From Amoebidium appalachense (Eukaryota; Protista; Ichthyosporea), in the NCBI GenBank assembly GCA_963693365.1, contig CAVNZM010000005.1:12795728-12859727 (forward strand): a stretch of DNA of 64,000 nt, read 5' to 3'. A program made the translations under genes and the position numbers. The stretch's first letter is position 1; each line of letters begins with the position of its first letter. Of this stretch, positions 21,528-64,000 are shown in pieces. The notes under the pieces are model-generated. The model saw only the letters and a program-made list of their open reading frames with translations, was not told where the DNA came from and did no database searches.

Positions 21528-22034
21528 CTAACAGGTGACAGGGTCACGCTTATTTCCGCGAGTACTAGTAAACCGCCCCTCACACATATTACACATACGA
21601 GCAGGAGACACCAAAAACCGATTACAACGCCAAGACATAATCATCTTTGCATATTTATACGACACAACATCATGAATAAACGAATCTATATAGAAGCGAG
21701 ATTGTCTAACCGTATCCGCCATATAGGCTACTAGCGGCAGTAGTTGGTGTTTTTGCTGACCTAACACTGGGAGGGACTCGACACGTAAAGTAAAAAGGTA
21801 TCTATCAGCCATAGACTTAAACCTATTCATAGTCACACTATGGTCCAGCCGTACTTCCGGTGGAGTCGCCAGCCACTCCGCATATCGCTCGACAATGGGC
21901 AGAGACGATGTGGAAGGGAAGAGGTAGAGGGGCGAGTCCGGCGGGGATGCGTGTAGCCGGAAGAGGGGCGGATAGGCGGGTGAAAACAAGGTGGTGCCGA
22001 ATAAGCCAATGAGATGGGACTGGCAGACCCTCAT
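21528..22034 (-). CDS. Orphan ORF, 168 aa, possibly extended by an upstream exon (22186-22406)
   Basis: Non-repetitive ATG-started ORF. A GT-AG intron (gtaacg...cttag) would join it in frame to the 74-aa ORF starting at 22406. No recognisable domain. Confidence 0.3.
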   Translation of the reverse strand: MRVCQSHLIGLFGTTLFSPAYPPLFRLHASPPDSPLYLFPSTSSLPIVERYAEWLATPPEVRLDHSVTMNRFKSMADRYLFTLRVESLPVLGQQKHQLLPLVAYMADTVRQSRFYIDSFIHDVVSYKYAKMIMSWRCNRFLVSPARMCNMCEGRFTSTRGNKRDPVTC

Positions 22035-22475
22035 CCAATCAACGCTAAGCAGAAGGCGCTAACCAATAGAAATGCGCACCGGTACATTTTGGTACCTTCT
22101 ATATATGGCTATTGACACCAGTTTCTACAAGGCGATTGAATAAAGATCACGTAAACATTCTGCCTACATCCCGGCAACCCGTTACACCGGATTGTCAAGC
22201 TTTTGCCAGCTGAAAGTTGTCTCTTGTTTTTCACGCATGGGTGTGAGAGGGCGCCGGGCCTGGGAGGCTGCGTACGCAGCATGCAGCTGGACAAATACAC
22301 GTGAAAAATAGCGAGCAGGTGAAACGCTAGAGCCAGAAGGGCCGTTAGGCGCAATTAATTGCATTGCCTGGAACAGATCAGCCAAGGTGACATGAGATTT
22401 GCGCATCAGCTCTAGATCTTGCAGTTTGTGACCACGGGCAGCAGATTAGTTTCCCCCTTTTGCGTTGTCATCACT

Positions 22476-54554
<32,079 letters not shown>

Positions 54555-55018
54555 CATGACAGGATCTGGGTCACATAACCAGCCATCAACCAATTAATAA
54601 TATGACCTTCAACATTTAAAACATTCACCCATTAGCAATACATCTAGGACACGTGACTAGTAATCCATTACATAACTTGAATGATGTTACCGTAACCACT
54701 TACATGAAAGCCATCTTATAGCAGGACAGATTTCAAGTGACAAGACTAGCCGTCGAACATTGAATGATGCGACAAGAGAAGTGGATCGGTTATATACAAG
54801 ATACGTACACACAAGAGTCTGCTATTTAGCGGTACATGTGAATGCCTGTACATGTGTGCTTCGAATGTGACGTGAATATTACATGCAACATTGTATGTGG
54901 CCTGCTGTGCAGTGACCTTCTTTACCGGCCTATCTAGTTCTGGTCGTCAACTGTTCAATGTTGCCATACACAGATAACATTAATGAAGTGGTGTTGTCCA
55001 TACAAAAACCATGTTCAA

Positions 55019-55849
55019 TCAGCGTGATGATGGGCCCGGGGTGAGCAGTTGGTGCAGCAGGGTGACGGCCATGGCCTCCATTACAAACACACTGGGGGGG
55101 TGCTGGGGGTCCGGGTGGGCCTGCAGAAGCTGGTGCACAGCCTGCGGGGGGGGTGTCAGAGGGTCGAGGAACAGGTAGATGCCACCAAGCAAGGAGGATT
55201 CATGCAACGGCCATACAGCATAGACTGACACACAGCTCTATCATGCAGGCACGGAGCTGTGCATGTCCACGTGAGCCATGTGCTCACAAGCTCCACACAT
55301 GCACCCACACAGCCACAACCGACATGTACACCACCCCCATGTACCCATCCACCTCCACCCCAACAAGCTACAACTGCCACCACGCCCATCCACAGCCCAC
55401 CCACTCACACAGCCACACCTGCTTGAGTACGGTCTTATACTGGTCCCTGCTGATTGCTCTTGCCCGGTAGGCCCCTTCCAGAGGGGTGCGGGCACCGGCC
55501 ATCAGCTGCTCCTTGTAGTGCCGCATGGAATCCTCACCCCCTGCACACAGATGAAATGAGATATCCCGCCATGTGCAACTACGTGCACACAGGCACATGC
55601 ACACAGAGACACAGACACACACGCATGCACATGCACATGCAGGTACATTAGTGAGGCACCCATATGCCAACACATACACCCAAACACACACGCAAAATAG
55701 GACACTGTCCACAACCCTACACGTATAAATATTTACTTCTGCACAAGCACACGTACACACTGCACATGCAGGCACACCCGCCTAAGCATAATGTACATAC
55801 ACACACTCGTAGAAAAATGCTCGTAGGTACCTCCTTCGGAAACACAAGT

Positions 55850-55894
<45 letters not shown>

Positions 55895-58800
55895 ATCGTG
55901 GGGGGGGTGGGGGAGGGGGGAGAGCCTCACCACTTGGACCCTTTTCCCTCTGCCTTGGCTTGTCCCCATGCTGTGGCACATGCTGCTTGTTGTCGTTGGG
56001 TGTGGATGGGTGGGGGGACGTAGGGGTATGCTGGCTGGACGGTGGGGGGGGTGGGGAGGTGGGGGTGTCCCTGTGGGCCTCCTTCCCTTTAGCATTGGGG
56101 GGATGGGGGAGCAGGTCTCGCTCTCACTTCCTCCTTCCTCCTTCCCTGGGCAAATGGTGAACTGTGGTCTCTGTTGGGCGTCGTCTGCTTGGGCGGTGGG
56201 ATGTAGCCTCTATCTGCCTTCTTCTGTTTTGGTGGTGGGGTGTAATCTCTCTCTGACTTCTGTGTCGCTGGTTGTTTTGGTGGTGGGGTGAAGTCTCTCG
56301 CTAACGTTTGTCTGGGTGGTTGCTGTGGTGGTGGGGTGTAGTTTCTGTCTGAGTTCTGTTTGGGAGGTGGGGTGTATTCTGACTTCGGTTTCGGCAGGGG
56401 GGTGTAATCTCTCTCTAACTTCTGTCTGGGTGGTTGCTGTGGTGGCGGGGTGTAATCTCTGTCTGATTTCGGTTTGGAAGTTGGGATATGGACTCTCTGT
56501 GTCTTCGGTTTTGGTGGTAGTGAGCCACCCCCCTCCCCTCCCACCTTCTTTTGTGCCGGTTCTGTTTCTTTCTCCGCCTTCTTCCTCTTTGGGATCTTGC
56601 CCTCTCCGACCCAGTCGTCCTCACCCCACCACAGCAGACCGGCACTCCGCTTGCGCCTAGTCCCCTCTCTCCCTGCCTCCGCCCCCTGCACCCTCTGCAC
56701 CGCATCTGGTTCCCTTCTCCCCTCCCCCACCTGCGCTCTCTGTGCCATGGTGGGGTGTGGTGGCCTCTCCCCCACCCCTCCCACCACTGTGTTGGTGCTG
56801 CCCCCCCTGGCCCCCGCCATGCCCCCACGTGCAGCTGTGCGCTGTGGGGCTGGAGGGGGCACAATGGAGCGGCCCGAGAGGACACTCTGGAGATGTCTGG
56901 CCTGCCTGCGGGTGTGTGCTCAGGAAAAAGGCATGCATGCGTGTGCACAGGCATCACCCACTGCACCAACCACCAACATGCGCCCACACACCCACCAACA
57001 GATGCACACAACCATGCACCTACACACCCACCAACCGATGCACACAACCATGCACCTACACAGTGCACCAACCACCCACATGCGCCCACCCCCATGCAAG
57101 CACACTTGCACCCAATCCCCTCTCCCCCCACCCCCCCACCCACCCACCCCCCCACCCCCCCACCCCCCACCCCCCCCACCCACCCACCCCCCCACCCACC
57201 CACCCCCCCACCCCCCCACCCACATACACCTACCTCTCCTCCCTCTCCCTCTTCTCGTCAGCCATGCGCTGCAGCACCAGCCTGGCCCTCTCGACTGCCG
57301 TCAGTGGCTTTTGGGGCCGCTGGAACCGCTGGTCGATGCGCTGGATGGCCTCCTGCGCCTCAGCAAGCTGTATGTGGGAATTGGGTAACCATGGGGCAAA
57401 GCTAAGGCGGAGAATGCTACCTTTGTGGGTATGGTAGCTGCATGCAAGCTGTATGTGTAAAGTGGGTAAGCATGGGGGAAAGGCTGTGTCCTTGCCACAT
57501 GCAACATGGGCCCAAATATGGTGGCGCAAGCATTAACCCCAACATGGATGTTGTGGTTGGTGTGTTTGGGGGCACCTACCACGTCATCCACACTGTTGAT
57601 GGACCTCCTTGCCTGCGCACGGGGAGCAACATTGCTTGCTGCAGGGGTTAGACGGGTCAGCGCAGGGTAGGGGTTAAAGCGCATACTGGCAAGGCTGGGA
57701 GAGTCGTGCAGATGCGCTAATTTCTAGTCCAGTGGTGTGGTGTGTGCATTATGGTGGTGGTGGCGGTGGTCGTCTGTCTTTTTCAGCCGTGCATATGTGC
57801 CTGTCTGATAGTAAGTGCGTGCGCAGTTGTGTGTGTGTTAGAAAGGGAAGGGGGAGGGAGGGGTCACCAACAGGGGGGGGGCTTGCATTATCAAAACGGT
57901 GTGCCTGACATGTAAATATGTCTGACTCTTTCTTTCTGTCTCTCCCTCCCTCTCTCTCTCTATATATATATATATCGCTGTGTGTGTGTGTGTGTGTATG
58001 TGTGCATGTGCGTGCGCGCGCACGCACTGTGCGTGTGTGCATGCAGTAATGCATGCATGTGTGTGTGCGTGCATGCATGAATGTGTGCGTGCGTGTGTGT
58101 GTGCGTGCGTGCGTGCGTGAAAGCGTGTGTGCGTGCGCAAGAGCGTGTGTGCGTGCGTGAAGGCGTGCGTGTGTGAAAGCAAGTGTGCGTGCATGCCTGA
58201 AAGTGTGCATGCATGCGCTTGTGCGTGCGTGTGTGTGTGCATGCGTGCGTGAAAGCTTGCGTGTGTGCGTGCGTGAAAGGGTGTGTGTGTGCGCGCGCAC
58301 GTGCGTCCATGTGTTCCACTTGTATTCGTGTGTCCCAATCGGATATGGGGTGCACCTACGCCTTTGAGCCGGCAACACGGTGCCTGATCTGAAGTCTATG
58401 CGGTTGTATGTGGGGGGGCTGCTGGGCTGGTTGGGCCGCTCACCGGCTGCTGGTTGGGGCACCTGGGCCAGCCGCTGGCTTCTCTCCCTGTGCAGACGGT
58501 CAGCTGCTGCAGTGTGCTGGGGTATAGCCCATAGCAACTGCACTGACCTCACATGGGAGGTGGTGTATGGTGCCCAGCTGGTATTGGGACACGTTCGAGG
58601 GAGGTGCATGGCGTTGTACTAATACTAGGGCCATGTTCGAGGGATATGCATTGCACCCAGGGGAACTTACTGCTGTATCTGGGCCCTGAGTGCTGACAGG
58701 GCTGAGCTGTGCACCGGCTGGGGCCTGGCCGCCACACGCTGGGGGGAGGTAGAGGGTCAGTGGGGCTACATGGCTGCCTTGCATGCTTGCTTGTAATGTC

Positions 58801-58974
58801 ATAACGCTACAGGTTGATGGGCAACTACAGCAGCCAGCATGCAGGTATGTTCATCTGTCCTGATGGCTTACCTGGTAGCATCACACAGAAAGCACTCGAA
58901 CTCATAACGTCCCCTCCCCCCCTCCCCCCACCCCACCCCACCCCCTACCCCTCGGCCCCCCCCCCCCCCCCCCT

Positions 58975-59047
<73 letters not shown>

Positions 59048-60728
59048 CACACACACGTGCACACACAACACAACAGCCAGCCAGCCAGCCTCTCACCCAC
59101 CCACTCATCCATCTACACCCACACAACCACAAACACATACAGTGGGAGTGGAAGAGTGAGGGGGGATTTGGGGAGGGAGAGAGGGGGAGGGGGAGGGGGG
59201 GGGGGGGGGGGGGGTTAGACCGACCTGAGCTGCAGCCTGCGCCACAGGGCCCTGGTTGTTATCTGCGCCTCTGCCTGTGCGCCGTGCTGCCCCACTCAGC
59301 CGTGCTGCCCCCCTGTCCCTGGCAGCTCTGGCCCGGCACCTCGAGCACTGCCTGTGGGGGCGTATGGGTATTATGTGTGTGCCGGGGAGGGGGGGCTATT
59401 CCTTCTTCTTCTCTTTTTTCTAACTTTCTTTCGTTCGTTCTCCTTGTGTGGCGAGGGGAGGGGGGAGAGGGGGAGGGGGTTGGGGGGAGAGGGAGATTTA
59501 TTTCTTTGCTCAAATATGATTATTTCTTTAATTATTTTTTATTTTGTCTACTATTTTTTTGGGGGGGGGGGGGGGGGAAGGGGGGGAGGGATATGTTAAA
59601 TTGCAAATGTTGTGTAGCTATTAACGAGGCTGGGGCAGCACTATCTGCAGGACGTAGGCTCTACTGGTGCAAGGTAAGCACAGGTAGTGTGCGCCAGGGA
59701 GGTACCCGCCAGTTTGTGGTGATGCGGGGCCGAGGGCGTATGCAGTTACGGTGGTACCACTCACCACAGTCCCCACGGCACTGCAGCATCCTGGGGGGGG
59801 GGGGGGGAAGGAGGGGGGGGGGGAAGAGGGGGGGGGGGGGGGGGAGGGTTGTTAAGGTCAATAGCTGGCACTGTGGTGCATCGTATGCGGAGCGAAGATG
59901 TGCACACTACAACAACATCTTGGTAGCATTCTGACTTATTCAAAGAGCAAACACCATCCAATATGTTCAAGAAATCCAAACCATGTTTGGCTTGCAGAAA
60001 GAGGACGAATGAAACAGAGGCATTGGGACGTCAGGATACATAGAACACTCCCTCCCAATAAACAACAATGCCGTGCAGACATAGTGAGATTTCCCAGAAG
60101 CAGTTTCTGTCTGTCTCACAAGGATATCGGGCATGCAAGTAGCACGCACACACACACACACACACGTACATGGCTGGCCTGTCGTCACGCTCGCAGATTT
60201 CGCACACCCTCTCATCATCATCATCATCATCATCAGAGTCAGTGACCTCATACATACCATCTGCGCATCAACGGTTAGAACCATCCCCAACCCTTCCCCC
60301 CCCCCACCCCCCAGCCCACCCGACCTCCATGCAGCGCCATCCTTTTAAACAGTAGAAGCACATCTGCACAGATATGTGTGCTTGCTACATGTCTCTGATT
60401 ACATGCACGTGCACCGCACACATGCTGCTCTGTAGACTCACGTGTATTGTGTTGCCCCACAAAACCACCCGCACTCCCATGCACTTCAACTGACCTGTAG
60501 ATTAAATGCCCATGTGCAAGGGCACACACGCAATATCACACGACAGAGCTTGCACAAACAGGTCCATGCTTACAAAAAATCCACACCATCCTCCCCATCC
60601 CCTACCCTCCCCAAATATTAGAAAATTTAAACAAAAAATTTAACTAAGAGAGGAGAAACGAATGGATAAATCAAACGTACACATACATGCTTCGCGCCCC
60701 TCCCCCCCCCCCCCCTCCCCCCCCCCCC

Positions 60729-60787
<59 letters not shown>

Positions 60788-61145
60788 ACACACTGGCGCA
60801 CGCGCCCAGGCACACACACACACACACGCACACACCTACAAGCACGCCCCCTTCGACCCCCTGTGCATGTTTCAGCTCTTTTGCCTGCAGCCTCCACAGG
60901 TACGTGCCGTCCGGCAGTGTCACAATGATCTCACTTAGAATGCGCCGGCACATGGGGCACGTGCGCCCGGTGGGCAGGCTCTGTGCACGTGCAGGGATGT
61001 GTGTCAGGTGCAGCCGGAAGATAGCATGTCGTGCGCTTATGACCATTAGGTTATTATGCGAGAGAATCTGGAAACACGCAGCACGCACCAAGTTCACAAG
61101 CAAAAAAAAAACGTGTATTAATGCTAAGCCCAACACTACCCCTCC

Positions 61146-61186
<41 letters not shown>

Positions 61187-61696
61187 AAAAACACCCCCTC
61201 AACACGCCAGCACCTCCCCACCTGCTCCTTCAACACCAGCACACACGTTCCCGTACACACCCATACCGTCACATTGTGTGCATACACACAGGTGCAAACA
61301 CACGAAACACACCTGCATACACAACAACATGCGTATCCAGGAGCACAGACATGCATATGCTTACATTCACGCACATCCGCACGCACAGACACGCAGCCTC
61401 TTGCTGTCACACACACGTACGTGTGGAAGTGAGCTCACACACAGCAAACACACGTCAACACTATAAGAGACATATCTAGTGACACAAAGCAAGGGTCAGT
61501 GGGTAAGGCTGGGAAGGAGGGGGAGCGGGGGAGGGGGGAGGGGGGGGGGGGAGGTGGGGAAGGGGCAGGCAGGGAAAGAAGATGCAGACACCCAAGCCAA
61601 GATCGCATGCGAAAACAGCAACACAAGCACACGAGGACACACTCACACTCACACGATCACACATATCACACAAGCACACACACACACACACACACA

Positions 61697-61740
<44 letters not shown>

Positions 61741-61766
61741 CACACGAACGCATGCACACGCACCGT

Positions 61767-61807
<41 letters not shown>

Positions 61808-61995
61808 AGACAAACAAACATGCAGACACGCACAATCATACAAGTACAAAAACATATACATACACAAACATACAAGAACATACATACACAGGCACACTCA
61901 CACCTGTGCGTGCGCACGCACACAAACACACAAACACAGAGGCACCATGACACACCGACACACACACACACACACAAACATACAAGCACCATGGC

Positions 61996-62059
<64 letters not shown>

Positions 62060-63058
62060 CGTACCGCCCAGGTCTTTATGCATGGCAAGTGGAACTTATG
62101 TGTGCATCCCGTCTGGCCTATCAGTCTGTGCTCTTCCAGCTCGTTTTCATCCCCAGTGGTGGGGTTGCCACAGGGGGGCAACTCATCATAACAGATCGGA
62201 CAATCCTCCGTCTCATCTCCACCGAACCCTTCCCCCTCTTCCTCTGCTGGCCGTTTTCCCTTTGGGTCGTCTTCTATGTTTCCTGTTTCTGTTTCTACTT
62301 CTCCTTCCTCGTCTTGATCTTCCTCTTCCTTGGGTTTTTTATCGTCAGCTATATCTTCCTCCTCGCCTTCATTTTCTTCCTTCTGGAACTGGCCTTGCTG
62401 GAACAGATTGCTATACCCCTCCATATCCTCTTCTATCCCTGGCTCATGTTTCACTCTCTCTTCTACCTCCTCCTTCACCCGGGCTTCCTTCTTGACCGTT
62501 TGATCGAATCTCCCTTGCAACCTATACCCCTCCCTATCCTCTTCTATCCCTTGCTCACGTTTCACTCTCTCTTCTACCTCTTCCTTTACCTGGGTATCCT
62601 TCTTGACCGTTTGATCGACTCTCGCTTGCAACCTGAAGTGGGGTTGGATAAGTACCCTCCTCCGCCCAGCAGCCTTATTCTCTTCCGGGACTTCAGACCT
62701 CAATCCGTTTTTGTCAACCTCATTTGTTAAACCAAATGAGTAAAGTAGCCCTTCTTTTTTCTTTCCTTCTCTTGCTATAGATCTGCCAATACTATCTCAC
62801 GAATCTTCACGGTTTCGCACAAAGAAGTGTTTGCCCACACGAGACTACACATCTACCTACATACACGGGCATTCTTTTTATGTTACCATTCAAACGGAGG
62901 GAGAACACCGCAGCGGGGATGCCCGACAGGAGCACGCACACGCACATACACAATAACACGCACCTGTCTTTGCTGCACCTCAGCACGTGCAGGTCCCTGT
63001 TGCTAGGTGGCACCAGCCTGCCACAGGCCGTGCACACCTCAGCCCCTGCGTCGCCCAT
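55019..63058 (-). CDS. PHRF1/SCAF11-like protein: N-terminal C2HC zinc finger, RING-H2, PHD finger and C-terminal Pol II CTD-binding-like domain; multi-exon
   Basis: Exon 1 (63058-62964) encodes [20 protein letters not shown]. Exon 2 (62782-62065) plus the exon from 60980 give the RING-H2 CPICY...[15 protein letters not shown]|[12 protein letters not shown]. Exons at ~60.2, 59.75 and 59.3 kb give the [33 protein letters not shown]...WQCSRC. The final exons give [39 protein letters not shown], like the SCAF11/PHRF1 C-terminus. Middle exons are only partly resolved. Confidence 0.8.
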
Positions 63059-63773
63059 GACTATGGGCACGCCTGTCTGCTTACTGCGTTATACCCCCAC
63101 TTAAGTTATGCTAACCCTGCACTACCTTGCCAGCCATTACTTGCCCCCATCTATCTGATATTAACCACACACTCTTCTCTTTCTGTTACACGCTGATGCA
63201 TTTCTTTTCTGAGTTTCGTTCTTGTTTTCAACTTGGAATGACCTGCTGCCCGGCAGGCCTGGGGCTATCTAGGGCCCAGTCGCTGACTGGCTAACTGCGC
63301 ACCCAAGCACAAGCCCGGATTACGTAATAGCTACCGCCGCCAGCCAGCAAGGTAATCTGTAAATCGTCAATCTAGATCGAGCCGATTTGACCAAACACGT
63401 AGATAATAGCCTAAACAAACGATTTGGGCATAATATATCTCACGTTTATTGTAACATTATAATTTGGTCTGTATGCATCCACCCAAACAGAAACCTACGT
63501 AGCTAATCTTACAGATCAACCGAACTGTTTGCAATTCAGAACCGTTCCAGGGTCATCCTCTGACAGTACCCAGATTACCCACACACGCTGGCAGAGCCTT
63601 CCACTTCCCTCATTCTCTTCCCTCATGTTGCACCATGGTTCTCCTGCGAGCAACTCTGCGTGCAGGCAAGGAGGGGCCGCTGCTACGTGGCCACCCGTGG
63701 GTCTTTACGAATGCCATAGCTGCCCTTACAAAGAACGGCAAGGTATGGTGCCATCCTTTCATTTTCAACCCCC

Positions 63774-63994
<221 letters not shown>

Positions 63995-64000
63995 CTCCCT

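Noticed and set aside
62089-62730. 213-aa hydrophobic plus-strand ORF resembling a membrane protein
   Set aside because: It is the antisense shadow of the Glu/Lys-rich exon 2 of the RING-PHD gene.

Overview
Eukaryotic, intron-rich nuclear DNA. Introns are packed with (CA)n/(GT)n microsatellites and long poly-C/poly-G runs, so most ORF-track entries are repeat artefacts. An animal-type selenoprotein TrxR and a TRPV-like channel suggest a unicellular holozoan or similar protist, but this is inference only. Reading exons by hand gives six genes. (1) An intronless PP2C phosphatase (+). (2) A 14-exon large thioredoxin reductase ending in Gly-Cys-Sec(TGA)-Gly with a downstream SECIS hairpin (+). 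(3) An intronless SCP2-like protein (-). (4) A 3-exon twin-CX9C Emi1/C22orf39 (DUF3128) protein (+). (5) A ~32-kb, ~45-exon gene (+) that appears to join WD40 repeats, an inserted C2 domain, ankyrin repeats and a TRPV-like six-TM channel (filter TFGMG, TRP box WQLERS). (6) A convergent PHRF1/SCAF11-like RING-H2+PHD protein (-). The WD40-C2-ANK-TRP channel is the most notable item. Also notable are frequent GC-AG introns, introns bracketed by (GT)n...(CA)n, a SECIS with an ACA apical motif, and a dispersed, structured ~145-bp intronic repeat family. All gene models are manual and unverified by transcripts.
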